A DNA stretch of 63,981 nucleotides, counting the filler, from Octopus bimaculoides (taxonomy: Eukaryota), in assembly GCF_001194135.2 (NCBI RefSeq). It is 6 parts of 5 records of this genome, joined end to end, with 100 filler letters (N's around TTAATTAATTAA, not from the genome) between each part and the next. Parts side by side here need not be neighbours in the genome. Positions count along the whole stretch, not along the records: positions 23,522 to 36,639 come from NC_068991.1; positions 36,740 to 42,915 come from NC_068981.1; 4 more parts are not named here. The stretch is one strand, 5' to 3'. Made by a program: the position numbers and the translations under genes. The notes beneath the pieces were generated by a model. It worked only from the letters and a program-made list of their open reading frames with translations, was not told where the DNA came from and made no database searches. Within the stretch, counting starts at the first letter, position 1, and each line of letters starts with the position of its first letter. This document shows positions 24,642 to 39,026 of this stretch, in pieces.

Positions 24642-26109
24642 TATGCCTATTGTTGGAGTCAATAATTACTTGAAAGAAGAAAAAAACGGTAAGATCTGAA
24701 ACGAACAATGCTACAAACACTCAATGGGAATGTTTGATTAAGTGGTTTCATATACCTACCTACTTTTGCAGTTCAAACTGGCAGATCCGACGTGAACTTC
24801 GATATTGGAGGTTTCATAGAACAATAAAATAAACTCCGTTTGATTAAATTGATTTGTATGAGGAATCATTTCTTTTGTTTATCTTTAATGAGGGAGATAA
24901 TGTTTACATTCTTGAGCGATTATATCTCAGCGCTTTCTTTGAGGATGATAAAATGAAGAGACAAAAATTACCATCAAATCGGCTGCCCGAAAAGACAACA
25001 GCTGCCGATGTCTACGACGATTAAATGAATAGTAGCTTTGATTAAACTGATCTTTCATTAGGAACCCTTAGTTGTTGGGTTTTTTTTTCTTACCGCTTTG
25101 TGAGGGGAAGAAGGCTAACTCTATTGAGGGCTTATTTCTCAGGGCATTGGGCTGATGAGAAATGAAATCAATATCTCACTGGATACCAAGGCGGCATCCC
25201 AGCAACAAAGTGAATTTCGCTAGAGAAACCCAATGACCTGATGGTGGTGCTAAAACGGATTACGAACATAGTATAACATTCATGTCAGAAGCGCGGTGAC
25301 AGATATAACAGGAAATTGGGAGAAAATGTCATCCTTATGCAGTGAAGTTCTGGGTTCAAATCTCGTAGGAGCTGATTTTCACCATCGTCCCTTTAAGAGT
25401 CGATACTAAGTAGTGGAAGCCATTTTAACGGATAATAATCAATCCACAAATCCAATAGTTATTTGTTTATGTTAGGAATCGACAATTAATTTGAAGGATA
25501 TTGAATTTCAGAATCAGTAGAGCGTCAGGTAAATAAGCTAGCATCGCTTATATATATATACATATATTACACGCACGCGCGGCACACACAAGAATATATA
25601 ATCTATATATCTATCTAACTATATACATACATGCATATATATAATATATATATATATATATATGTATATATANNNNNNNNNNNNNNNNNNNNNNNNNNNN
25701 NNNNNNNNNNNNNNNNNNNNNNNNNNNNNNNNNNNNNNNNNNNNNNNNNATATATATAATACATCAAGTACAGGACATCAACAACGAGTGAAAAATACGT
25801 AAACACATAATGAGAGACAAGTACGTGATAAAATACCAAAAGAAGTCTAACCCCTCGTCGGTTGTCGACTGTTAATTATTCCCTATTCCGAGCTTTCAAC
25901 GACAAGATAGGGAAATTTCATACAACAGCAGCATCCAGAAATTTTGAAAATAGAAAATTTGTGGTGAGTTGGGGGGCTCCGAACGAACAAACAACAACAG
26001 GGTGGACGTACAGAGTAAACAATCGACGAAGCCAACTATCAAGGGCCGTGAAGCCAAGACGCATTGTAACGGGTAACATCTGGGAGAAATTTTGAAGGGA
26101 TATAGAATG

Positions 26110-26175
26110 TTCGGTGCCCCAGCATGGCCACAGCTCTTGAGCTGAAACTAGATAAAATGAAAAAAAAATGAAAAT
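26110..26175 (+). mobile_element. SINE family B tail fragment
   Basis: GGTGCCCCAGCATGGCCACAGCTC..GCTGAAACTAGATAAAATG. Confidence 0.65.
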
Positions 26176-26388
26176 ATATACTTACTTGGAAATGGATGCG
26201 TGGCGTTCGATCATATAAAAATATAAATAAATAATACATAAAATATATGCATATATACATACATATATGTACATACCTTTTTATGTTCACGTTTCTCAAT
26301 TTGTCCACGTTGTTTTGATGTCCTATACCTATATATGCATGTATATATACATATATATGTAAGCATGTACATATATGTATGTATATGT

Positions 26389-26447
<59 letters not shown>

Positions 26448-26529
26448 NNNNNNNNNNATATATATATATTTGTCTGTCAGTCTATCCATCCATCCATCCA
26501 TTTATCTATCTATCTATCTATCTATCGTA

Positions 26530-26700
26530 AACGATGACGATGACGATGACGATGAAGACAACAGCTACGACGGTGACGATGATTTTGGTGGTAATGATGA
26601 TGATGATGATGACGACGACAACAAAACCGACGACGACGACGACGATGATGATGCTGCTGATGATGACGTTGATGTTGATGGTAATTGTGATAAAAACGAA
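26530..26700. repeat. (GAT/GAC)n mosaic microsatellite
   Basis: Direct inspection; explains the poly-D ORF. Confidence 0.9.
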
Positions 26701-27957
26701 GGAGGTCCTGGACACGTCATAATAATTAACACTTAGACTTTGTTAAATCGACAAGGTCTATCGAGGCTGGAAATGTCCAAACTTATTATTAATTCCTGCT
26801 AAAATGTCAATTACTCTACCTCCCGAGTGTATTTATTTTTGAGTAATTTTAATTAATTTATATTTCAGCTTTCCCTCTCCGTTCCTTTCATGAGCAGCGT
26901 TAATTGTTTAGTTTCTGATGTTTCTTTGCATCAAGTGTATAATTTTCGTTAATTAAAATATCCTCCTTCATTACATTTATTATATTAGTGTCCGCTTTAT
27001 TACGAGCTAATACACGAATTAATTTATGAGTTAAAACTTGAGCATATTAAAAGGATATGAGAGACATTCAAATATAATGCTAGAACCGGATCGTGGTTGA
27101 TGTTGCTTGGTTCTGATGATGGTGATGATGATGATGATGATGTGTTTGCGACTGCGCATAATGAGGCGGCAACATACTACGATCAATTAATCATGGTTGT
27201 ATTTACGCCGCATATGTCACGTTTCGAGTTAGCCAAGATTGATAACAATCTTCTCATCAAATCAACGCAAGAAATATATTGTAACATACGTGTTAAGCGC
27301 TGGATACAAAGCTTGGGTTTACAATATGATTAAACATATTAAAGTGTGTGCACATCGTCCTAAAATTGTTTGCGGATGCAAAAGCAAAATTTCCTCCCTT
27401 ATTTTTTTCCCAGGTTTAGAAAACAGTTGGTAAAAAGTGACTTGTGAAAAGTAGCTTGAAGAAAGATGTCTTCTCAAAGAACAAGGAATAAAAATAAAAT
27501 AAGAAAACAATAAAACATTGTTTGCAAAATACTTTAGATCTGGATTTGCAACCCCTCAGCAAATTTCTTTCCCGAGTTAGTGCACATCGATTCATGCATT
27601 TTTACAAATCACTATATANNNNNNNNNNNNNNNNNNNNNNNNNNNNNNNNNNNNNNNNNNNNNNNNNNNNNNNNNNNNNNNNNNNNNNNNNNNNNNNNNN
27701 NNNNNNNNNNNNNNNNNNNNNNNNNNNNNNNNNNNNNNNNNNNNNNNNNNNNNNNNNNNNNNNNNNNNNNNNNNNNNNNNNNNNNNNNNNNNNNNNNNNN
27801 NNNNNNNNNNNNNNNNNNNNNNNNNNNNNNNNNNNNNNNNNNNNNNNNNNNNNNNNNNNNNNNNNNNNNNNNNNNNNNNNNNNNNNNNNNNNNNNNNNNN
27901 NNNNNNNNNNNNNNNNNNNNNNNNNNNNNNNNNNNNNNNNNNNNNNNNNNNNNNNNN

Positions 27958-28221
27958 AGGACTTATTCTATCAGAAGCCTTTGCCGAACCGCTAATTTTC
28001 GGGAACATCAACACACCGAAACCGATTGTCAAACGATGGTGGGGTACAAACACAGACACACACACATACAATTATACACACACACACAAACACACGCACA
28101 CACACACACACACACGCACACACACACACACACACGTATATATACATATATATATATATATACACACACACATACACACATATACGCACACACGATCCGA
28201 GTCTATGGTAGAAGACGCTTG
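27958..28221 (-). mobile_element. SINE family B, 5'-truncated, abutting a gap
   Basis: GGACTTATTCTATC..TTTGCCGAACCGCTAA..ACACC..GATTGTCAA and TATGGTAGAAGACGCTTG. Confidence 0.75.
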
Positions 28222-28224
28222 TGC

Positions 28225-28550
28225 AGGCATGGCTGTGTGCGGGTAAGAAGCTCACCTCTGCAACCACGTGCCTTCGGGTTCGGCCCTACTGCGTCGCACC
28301 TTAGGTAAGTGTCTTTTCCTAACGCAATAAGATGTGTGTATACCTTTGTGTCTATATTTGTCCCCCATCCCACCCCACCTCACTGTCAATCACCGCCTGA
28401 CAACCGGTGTTGGTTTGCCCACGTTAGCAAAACTTAGCTGTTCACTAATTTAGTAACAAAAAACAAAGCACATGAGATCAATCCTTCAAGATGGTGCCCC
28501 AGCATGGGCGTAGCCTAGTCACTGAAATTAGTAAAATGTAAGAGATGAAA
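28225..28550 (+). mobile_element. SINE family B, diverged, near full length
   Basis: Head AGGCATGGCTGTGTGCGGGTAAGAAGCT..GGGTTCGGCCCTACTGCGTCGCACCTTAGGTAAGTGTCTT; tail GGTGCCCCAGCATGG..ACTGAAATTAGTAAAA. Confidence 0.75.
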
Positions 28551-28899
28551 AAAAAAAAAAGTGTCAAACATAACTACGTAGCGGCAAATGAAAAAAAAAA
28601 ATTAGTTCTCAAACCTCACTGTTACATCTGCGCCGAGAAGTCGAAGAAGATGGTGGAAGGACACTTAATGTAATATAATAACTGCAATAACTTATACTAC
28701 GTTGTGATTATAGAAACAGCTAAGGAGAAGAAAAACACTAACTTAAGGTAGCATTTAATAAATTATATAGGTAACACGTATACATTACAAGATACATAAG
28801 GAAACGATTAGATAGAGGAGACGTTTATGGGATGTATTTGGGTAGGATCAGAGGTGTTACTTAAAACAATATATTGAGCCAAAGAAAACTAATAATAAG

Positions 28900-29064
28900 T
28901 TTAACAACAACAGCAACAACAACAACAACAATAATAATAATAATAATAATAATAAAAATACTAATGATAGTAATGAATAAGAAAAAACAACAATAATAAT
29001 ATATAAAAATAATGATGAAGATGATGATTTGTTATAAAAATATTAATAATTTCTTACGGAAATA

Positions 29065-29154
<90 letters not shown>

Positions 29155-29160
29155 GTAATA
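28900..29160. repeat. (AAC)/(AAT)n microsatellite block
   Basis: Direct inspection. Confidence 0.9.
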
Positions 29161-29901
29161 GTTATAGTGGTGCTTTCTTTGNNNNNNNNNNNNNNNNNNN
29201 NNNNNNNNNNNNNNNNNNNNNNNNNNNNNNNNNNNNNNNNNNNNNNNNNNNNNNNNNNNNNNNNNNNNNNNNNNNNNNNNNNNNNNNNNNNNNNNNNNNN
29301 NNNNNNNNNNNNNNNNNNNNNNNNNNNNNNNNNNNNNNNNNNNNNNNNNNNNNNNNNNNNNNNNNNNNNNNNNNNNNNNNNNNNNNNNNNNNNNNNNNNN
29401 NNNNNNNNNNNNNNNNNNNNNNNNNNNNNNNNNNNNNNNNNNNNNNNNNNNNNNNNNNNNNNNNNNNNNNNNNNNNNNNNNNNNNNNNNNNNNNNNNNNN
29501 NNNNNNNNNNNNNNNNNNNNNNNNNNNNNNNNNNNNNNNNNNNNNNNNNNNNNNNNNNNNNNNNNNNNNNNNNNNNNNNNNNNNNNNNNNNNNNNNNNNN
29601 NNNNNNNNNNNNNNNNNNNNNNNNNNNNNNNNNNNNNNNNNNNNNNNNNNNNNNNNNNNNNNNNNNNNNNNNNNNNNNNNNNNNNNNNNNNNNNNNNNNN
29701 NNNNNNNNNNNNNNNNNNNNNNNNNNNNNNNNNNNNNNNNNNNNNNNNNNNNNNNNNNNNNNNNNNNNNNNNNNNNNNNNNNNNNNNNNNNNNNNNNNNN
29801 NNNNNNNNNNNNNNNNNNNNNNNNNNNNNNNNNNNNNNNNNNNNNNNNNNNNNNNNNNNNNNNNNNNNNNNNNNNNNNNNNNNNNNNNNNNNNNNNNNNN
29901 N

Positions 29902-29945
<44 letters not shown>

Positions 29946-31520
29946 AACACACTTGTGCGCAGGCACAAAATCACGCAATCATACATATACACACTTTATT
30001 GAAGAAAAACTGAAGCATCGATGTGCAGCATATATATAAAAAAATATATGAACGTTTTGTTCTAAACGCTGCGATTAATCCTCTGCATGCATTTAATACC
30101 ATATTTAAAGAAGAAATCTTGTCTTGTAGCCTTACAAATACAGCGTAATGTGGCGATAAATGAGCTCCGAAAACTTTAGAAAATAGGTTATGGATTTGTT
30201 CTGAAATTATATATTCTAACAAATACAATACATCCATAAATGGATTTTCCCCCCAATCGAAAATCTGCAGCATCCGGGTTTCGAACGATACAGACAGATT
30301 AAATATGATGTATAGATGAATGTGTGCTCCTAGGGCTGTTTCTGTTGCGCAATTCGAATTATTTGTTATGTAGCGGACATTGCAAACCAGTCTATTATTC
30401 TTCAGATTCACCGATTCGATCTTGTTTCAGAAGTGACACGAGTTTGCGACAGTGACATGCAGCAAAAACGGTGAAATACGAATCTGTAAATATCGCAGTC
30501 TCTTTCAGGGAGATTTTGTTTCGCCTAACTCTGAAATATATTGAGCTTTTCAACACATTATGTCTATAAAGAAATTTTTCTCAGGAGAAAATCTGCAATG
30601 TCTGGCTTTTCAACGATACACATAAGTGAAGTATGGTACGCACACACGCAAAAATATATATATGTGCGTGTAATTATGTGTAAATATATATATATATATA
30701 TATATATANNNNNNNNNNNNNNNNNNNNNNNNNNNNNNNNNNNNNNNNNNNNNNNNNNNNNNNNNNNNNNNNNNNNNNNNNNNNNNNNNNNNNNNNNNNN
30801 NNNNNNNNNNNNNNNNNNNNNNNNNNNNNNNNNNNNNNNNNNNNNNNNNNNNNNNNNNNNNNNNNNNNNNNNNNNNNNNNNNNNNNNNNNNNNNNNNNNN
30901 NNNNNNNNNNNNNNNNNNNNNNNNNNNNNNNNNNNNNNNNNNNNNNNNNNNNNNNNNNNNNNNNNNNNNNNNNNNNNNNNNNNNNNNNNNNNNNNNNNNN
31001 NNNNNNNNNNNNNNNNNNNNNNNNNNNNNNNNNNNNNNNNNNNNNNNNNNNNNNNNNNNNNNNNNNNNNNNNNNNNNNNNNNNNNNNNNNNNNNNNNNNN
31101 NNNNNNNNNNNNNNNNNNNNNNNNNNNNNNNNNNNNNNNNNNNNNNNNNNNNNNNNNNNNNNNNNNNNNNNNNNNNNNNNNNNNNNNNNNNNNNNNNNNN
31201 NNNNNNNNNNNNNNNNNNNNNNNNNNNNNNNNNNNNNNNNNNNNNNNNNNNNNNNNNNNNNNNNNNNNNNNNNNNNNNNNNNNNNNNNNNNNNNNNNNNN
31301 NNNNNNNNNNNNNNNNNNNNNNNNNNNNNNNNNNNNNNNNNNNNNNNNNNNNNNNNNNNNNNNNNNNNNNNNNNNNNNNNNNNNNNNNNNNNNNNNNNNN
31401 NNNNNNNNNNNNNNNNNNNNNNNNNNNNNNNNNNNNNNNNNNNNNNNNNNNNNNNNNNNNNNNNNNNNNNNNNNNNNNNNNNNNNNNNNNNNNNNNNNNN
31501 NNNNNNNNNNNNNNNNNNNN

Positions 31521-31557
<37 letters not shown>

Positions 31558-33279
31558 TGGCAGACACGTATCAATGGACATGAAAGAAAAAAACATGATT
31601 AATATTTACATAAATGTGAGTATTCTATATATCAGCATAGAAACAGACAGACACAAATACGCACACACACAGACACAAACACAGACACACATTCGCACGC
31701 ACACACACACGCACACACACACACACACGCGCGCACGCTCATATGCGTACACACATATTTGAATATGCACAGATGCCTCCATAAAACATCATAAATATAG
31801 ACAATTCAGCATATCATGTGTTACTATGCGAATGTATGCGTGTGAGTGTGTGCATGTGTTTGTGTGTGTGTGTGTCTGTGTGTGTGTGCGCGCGCGTCTG
31901 TATGTGTGTGTCTGTGTGTATCTCTGTAAACATTCCATTTTATATATGGATGCTTATTAAGCATTCCGATACGCGATTGACTGTCTACAAAAAATAATAG
32001 GCAACTAACAAATATATATATATATAAATATATATANNNNNNNNNNNNNNNNNNNNNNNNNNNNNNNNNNNNNNNNNNNNNNNNNNNNNNNNNNNNNNNN
32101 NNNNNNNNNNNNNNNNNNNNNNNNNNNNNNNNNNNNNNNNNNNNNNNNNNNNNNNNNNNNNNNNNNNNNNNNNNNNNNNNNNNNNNNNNNNNNNNNNNNN
32201 NNNNNNNNNNNNNNNNNNNNNNNNNNNNNNNNNNNNNNNNNNNNNNNNNNNNNNNNNNNNNNNNNNNNNNNNNNNNNNNNNNNNNNNNNNNNNNNNNNNN
32301 NNNNNNNNNNNNNNNNNNNNNNNNNNNNNNNNNNNNNNNNNNNNNNNNNNNNNNNNNNNNNNNNNNNNNNNNNNNNNNNNNNNNNNNNNNNNNNNNNNNN
32401 NNNNNNNNNNNNNNNNNNNNNNNNNNNNNNNNNNNNNNNNNNNNNNNNNNNNNNNNNNNNNNNNNNNNNNNNNNNNNNNNNNNNNNNNNNNNNNNNNNNN
32501 NNNNNNNNNNNNNNNNNNNNNNNNNNNNNNNNNNNNNNNNNNNNNNNNNNNNNNNNNNNNNNNNNNNNNNNNNNNNNNNNNNNNNNNNNNNNNNNNNNNN
32601 NNNNNNNNNNNNNNNNNNNNNNNNNNNNNNNNNNNNNNNNNNNNNNNNNNNNNNNNNNNNNNNNNNNNNNNNNNNNNNNNNNNNNNNNNNNNNNNNNNNN
32701 NNNNNNNNNNNNNNNNNNNNNNNNNNNNNNNNNNNNNNNNNNNNNNNNNNNNNNNNNNNNNNNNNNNNNNNNNNNNNNNNNNNNNNNNNNNNNNNNNNNN
32801 NNNNNNNNNNNNNNNNNNNNNNNNNNNNNNNNNNNNNNNNNNNNNNNNNNNNNNNNNNNNNNNNNNNNNNNNNNNNNNNNNNNNNNNNNNNNNNNNNNNN
32901 NNNNNNNNNNNNNNNNNNNNNNAACTGAAAATTTCCTAGTCGATTGAAGATGAGGCAGCACCGTGCCGCTACGGTGGCTTCAAATAAAAAGTGCAGTGTG
33001 ACCTCTATGTGCGTGAAAAAAGCAGAAATTTTGTTTCAAGTCAGAAAGGGTTTGAACAAAAGATCAGAGTCCTTAGCGCTTTGTATGCACAGGGTTAAGT
33101 ATAATTTGTATGAGGTACCAGTCGCTCTGAATTGTGTCGTTATTGGTGGAGTAAAAACGTTGGTGTCGAAGAGCATTTAAAAAAAGAAAACAAAAAAAAA
33201 ATCGGGACGATATATTTTGTTGTTAAAATATTTTTTGAAAAGGTCATTTAAAAAACAGATGCTTTAAAAATATTACTTA

Positions 33280-33705
33280 TCTTTTGTCTATTGCTCGTTT
33301 CAGATATTAGAGTGTGGCCATGCCCGGGAACCAGCTTGAAGAATTTTAATGGAACGAGTCGCTCCCAGTACTTATGTTTTTAAACCTAGAACTTATTCTA
33401 TATGTCATATTTTTGCCGAACCGCTAATTTACGGGGGACGAAAACACACCAGCATCAGTTGTCAAGTGGTGATGGGAGAAATACACAGGCAAAAAACGAC
33501 ACACACACATATTAACTATACACACATACATATATATACAACAGGGTGCTTGCAGTTTCCGTCTACCAAGTTTATTATTTTCAATCAAAAGATTTTAGTC
33601 GGCTGGAAGGTAGAGTAGAACACACTAGATCTAAGTTCCACGCAGTGGGATTGAACCTCAGAACATCGGGCTTTGAAGCAAACTTCTTGCTCCACAGCCA
33701 CGCCT
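33280..33705 (-). mobile_element. SINE family B, diverged full-length
   Basis: Tail, microsatellite spacer, CAGTTTCCGTCTACCAA core and CCACGCAGTGGGATTGAACC head in reverse complement. Confidence 0.85.
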
Positions 33706-34289
33706 AAAATACTTAAAATGTTACTCAGAATATTACTTATGCAATAACAAGATTCCAGCCAGGATAGTTCTTCGATTGCTTTTACTTCTATAAAGTTTAA
33801 GATATGTGGAGCATTACCTGCCGACCATATATATATATATATATATATATATGAACATGCATGCACACGTGCACACATATCCATACACACACACAAAACA
33901 CAGACGCGCGCATATATATATATATATATATNNNNNNNNNNNNNNNNNNNNNNNNNNNNNNNNNNNNNNNNNNNNNNNNNNNNNNNNNNNNNNNNNNNNN
34001 NNNNNNNNNNNNNNNNNNNNNNNNNNNNNNNNNNNNNNNNNNNNNNNNNNNNNNNNNNNNNNNNNNNNNNNNNNNNNNNNNNNNNNNNNNNNNNNNNNNN
34101 NNNNNNNNNNNNNNNNNNNNNNNNNNNNNNNNNNNNNNNNNNNNNNNNNNNNNNNNNNNNNNNNNNNNNNNNNNNNNNNNNNNNNNNNNNNNNNNNNNNN
34201 NNNNNNNNNNNNNNNNNNNNNNNNNNNNNNNNNNNNNNNNNNNNNNNNNNNNNNNNNNNNNNNNNNNNNNNNNNNNNNNNNNNNNNTAT

Positions 34290-34416
34290 AAGTATGTGTG
34301 TGTATATGTTTCTGTGTCTGTGTTTGTCCCCCCAACATCGCTTGACGACCGATGCTGGTGTGTTTACACCCCCGTAACTTAGCAGTTCGGCAAAAGAGAC
34401 CGATAGAATAAATACA
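34290..34416 (+). mobile_element. SINE family B, 3' half after gap
   Basis: GTGTTTGTCCCCCCAACATCGCTTGACGACCGATGCTGGTGTGTTTAC..GCAGTTCGGCAAAAGAGACCGATAGAATA. Confidence 0.9.
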
Positions 34417-36567
34417 ATAAATATATATAAGAAAGAAAGAAACACATAAATAATAATGAAAATAAAATCATAAATAATAACCAAACAATATAGATTCATA
34501 TTAGGCTAACACAGTTAATGCCATACATCTAAAGCTAAAACGAACAACGTATAGAGAGCATTGTGCAATGGACTTTCCGATTGAATAAAACTGCATTGTA
34601 TAGTAAACGTAGTTATTCAACGATTTCGTAGACTATCCTGAATATGAATAGAAAATTGCATCATTTATTGCATAGGATAGAAGGAAATCTGTAAAAATGT
34701 GAAACTAATAGTTGTAGTGTATGTAATTTTAACTTGAAATAGATACAATGTATAACTCACCGCACTTCCTTGTTTCGGGTTATTTAATCCTCTGGTTTGT
34801 TACCGTTATGTAACTCTTTCGTCTTTATGAAAACCTACACGCACGCACGCACGAGCGCGCACCCGCAAAAAAAGACACATACATTACAGGCAGACGCATG
34901 CATATAATTTATATTGTTATATGTATATATAAACGTAAGCATTTATGTATAAATGGATGCTTACACACACATGAACACATACTCACACGCAAACGGACAC
35001 ACACTCACATGCACACACACACACACGCACACACACACACACACACACACGCGCAGACACACACACACATACACATACACACACACACACACANNNNNNN
35101 NNNNNNNNNNNNNNNNNNNNNNNNNNNNNNNNNNNNNNNNNNNNNNNNNNNNNNNNNNNNNNNNNNNNNNNNNNNNNNNNNNNNNNNNNNNNNNNNNNNN
35201 NNNNNNNNNNNNNNNNNNNNNNNNNNNNNNNNNNNNNNNNNNNNNNNNNNNNNNNNNNNNNNNNNNNNNNNNNNNNNNNNNNNNNNNNNNNNNNNNNNNN
35301 NNNNNNNNNNNNNNNNNNNNNNNNNNNNNNNNNNNNNNNNNNNNNNNNNNNNNNNNNNNNNNNNNNNNNNNNNNNNNNNNNNNNNNNNNNNNNNNNNNNN
35401 NNNNNNNNNNNNNNNNNNNNNNNNNNNNNNNNNNNNNNNNNNNNNNNNNNNNNNNNNNNNNNNNNNNNNNNNNNNNNNNNNNNNNNNNNNNNNNNNNNNN
35501 NNNNNNNNNNNNNNNNNNNNNNNNNNNNNNNNNNNNNNNNNNNNNNNNNNNNNNNNNNNNNNNNNNNNNNNNNNNNNNNNNNNNNNNNNNNNNNNNNNNN
35601 NNNNNNNNNNNNNNNNNNNNNNNNNNNNNNNNNNNNNNNNNNNNNNNNNNNNNNNNNNNNNNNNNNNNNNNNNNNNNNNNNNNNNNNNNNNNNNNNNNNN
35701 NNNNNNNNNNNNNNNNNNNNNNNNNNNNNNNNNNNNNNNNNNNNNNNNNNNNNNNNNNNNNNNNNNNNNNNNNNNNNNNNNNNNNNNNNNNNNNNNNNNN
35801 NNNNNNNNNNNNNNNNNNNNNNNNNNNNNNNNNNNNNNNNNNNNNNNNNNNNNNNNNNNNNNNNNNNNNNNNNNNNNNNNNNNNNNNNNNNNNNNNNNNN
35901 NNNNNNNNNNNNNNNNNNNNNNNNNNNNNNNNNNNNNNNNNNNNNNNNNNNNNNNNNNNNNNNNNNNNNNNNNNNNNNNNNNNNNNNNNTATATATATAT
36001 ATATATATATATTTACAGATATATAGATATGTATACACACACATATATTTATATTTACATATATGCATGTAAGTAAATGCGTGATCAAACATATGGCCAT
36101 GTATATGAAAATTTACATACATTCATAGATAATGCTTATGTACTTATGAACACAAGTAAACCCCGCCATGTATAGCAGACAGCTAAGGTTGTGAAAAAAA
36201 AAATTAGAAGAATATGGGGGGAAAAAATAGAGGGGAAAAGAAAAAAAGATACAGAGACGAGGGGGAGAGTGTAAGAGAAAAATTGTAGGGCATAGAGAGG
36301 GTAACATAAGCATAAAGACATTTGTTCTGTAGTATTAATTTCGGCGTCCTTTTGATAGACATTCTGACATCTGACATTGAGTCGAGAAACGCCAGAAAGA
36401 TACTTGCAAACGTCTTCGAAGAACGAGCATTTTCACAACTACATCTAGACAGAGACAAATACATACATTCCAACACACAAAAAACACAAACATACAGACA
36501 TTTACACGCACACACGCATATTTATATGCATATACATATGTAAATGTGTATGTGTGTGTGTATATAT

Positions 36568-36598
<31 letters not shown>

Positions 36599-36599
36599 A

Positions 36600-36639
<40 letters not shown>

Positions 36640-36739
36640 NNNNNNNNNNNNNNNNNNNNNNNNNNNNNNNNNNNNNNNNNNNNTTAATTAATTAANNNNN
36701 NNNNNNNNNNNNNNNNNNNNNNNNNNNNNNNNNNNNNNN

Positions 36740-36772
<33 letters not shown>

Positions 36773-36805
36773 TAGATAGATAGATAGATACATAGATAGA
36801 TACAC

Positions 36806-36838
<33 letters not shown>

Positions 36839-37167
36839 CACACATACTTATAGATACAGATACGTATTTTTGTGTACGTGGTTATGTGTGTGTGTGAGTA
36901 TAATTTCTTTTCTTTGTCTGTACATGACACCTCGTAATCAGATATGCATTCACACTTGCGCGCACAAGACCGTACACACACACATATACAGGCATTGACA
37001 ACTACACACAGACACACACACATATGTATAGTGTAAATATATTATATAGCTAATTCATACAAAGAACATAGATAAAACAACCGAAGATATAAACAAAAGC
37101 GGACACACTGCCACACACAAAGACACTGCTTTACCTTCCGTTCACTCTTTGCCTGTCTATCTGTCTG

Positions 37168-37209
<42 letters not shown>

Positions 37210-37276
37210 TGTTTCTCTCACTAACATTCTTTTATATTCATGCATTTCTATCTTTAAGTATGTATGCACGCTGGTA

Positions 37277-37307
<31 letters not shown>

Positions 37308-37790
37308 TGTATGTATGTATGTATATGCATGTATGTGTCTATATATATATATATATATATGTGTGTCTATATCCCGTTTTTCTATGTATGTATATATATG
37401 GTGTGTCGTGTGTGTGTGTGTGTGTGTATGTGTGTATATGATTTCACGTGTATGTAGATATCTATGTATCCTGCTTAAGAACTATATCATCGTATACGAC
37501 AATCTCATATGCGACTTTACGCGCTATGATCAAACTGTCAAGACAATATGGCGGAAAAACTAAAATTGAGAACGAAACAAAACAAACACGGATAATGTTC
37601 CATCTTATCAAAACGATTCTACGTACAGCAATACCACTCACAACAAGAACAAGAACAACAAGACGATAATTCACCAAAACAATATATTAGTTTTCAATTG
37701 GTTATTGTGAGAATTAGCCAAATGCATTCATTCATCTGACAATAACACGTGTAAGTACACTGATACACACACACACACGCACACACAGAG

Positions 37791-37854
<64 letters not shown>

Positions 37855-37937
37855 GCACGCATGTACACGCTATACGTTGCTGCTTACATATAAGCATAAA
37901 GCATTTATTCACTCCTACAGCTTAGGTCACTCACGTA

Positions 37938-37974
<37 letters not shown>

Positions 37975-38382
37975 AAACGCACACACATTCACATATACGC
38001 AGGCACACACACAGTCAACTCTATAACATACAGTATTCGCTATATATGTAGCTTAAACTCATGGCCACTCGTAACGGTTCGAACACAAACACATCCTAGC
38101 TTGCATAGAAATATCAATACGTATTTTCATCTACACATTTAATTTCATACACGTAAACATTTTCGTTACATATGCGCACACGGACGCACAAACACAAGAC
38201 GCGCACGCATACACATACACACATACAATTTCGTATAGGAACACATATACACGCATATATATGCACATCACATACCGATGAATGCACTAAGATATTTCTC
38301 GTTCTCATTATCTAACACAAAAGCAACATTTAGATTAATGCGCATACTCCCATACAGAACACGGTTTTATGCACACACACAC

Positions 38383-38422
<40 letters not shown>

Positions 38423-39026
38423 ACACACATACACAACGCACGCACACACATACACACACACGCGCACACATACATGTCACATACGCACACACATACATAC
38501 ACACAAGTAAAAGCTTTCGTATAACTTATCAATCGTAATCTTCAACTTATGGTGAGTCCCCTAACTGAAAAATTTCCTATTATAGTAAACCTTGAGTAAA
38601 GTCAGATGACTAAAGCATATCTCTTTCCTAAGCTTTACTCCCGACTTGAGTTTAACTTGGTATTGTGTTTAAACTCCCGTACTGTGACTTCCTGTACTAT
38701 AAATTACGGGAAGTAGCAAAATCTGTAAATTAACTCACTAATGTCCTTACAGTATTAACATTTGCTGTGAGTTCAAATCCCGATCAAGTCATTTCATCCG
38801 TCAGCGATTCAATAAAATTGACAACAACCTCCGTCCTATACATGAAGAACACTCGCAAATATTATCTACGGGAAGAATATTCGAGGTCTAGAGATTTGAT
38901 TTCTGCACAATTCACTTTGTTTTTATTATTCTGTTATTAGTTTTACTTATTGGCATCACTTTCAGATTGATCATATTGATTCTCTTCCTCACCCTACCAT
39001 TAATTACCATTAACACACATGCTCAC

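Noticed and set aside
25131-25185. CTGATGA-GAAAT-GAAA
   Set aside because: No stem II or stem I; better explained as a simple ATTTCTCA/TGAGAAAT hairpin.
27522-36122. Long ORFs of 150-390 aa in the track (also 3655-4245 and 59204-60291)
   Set aside because: Made of N runs and dinucleotide repeats (YIYI, HTHT, CVCV).
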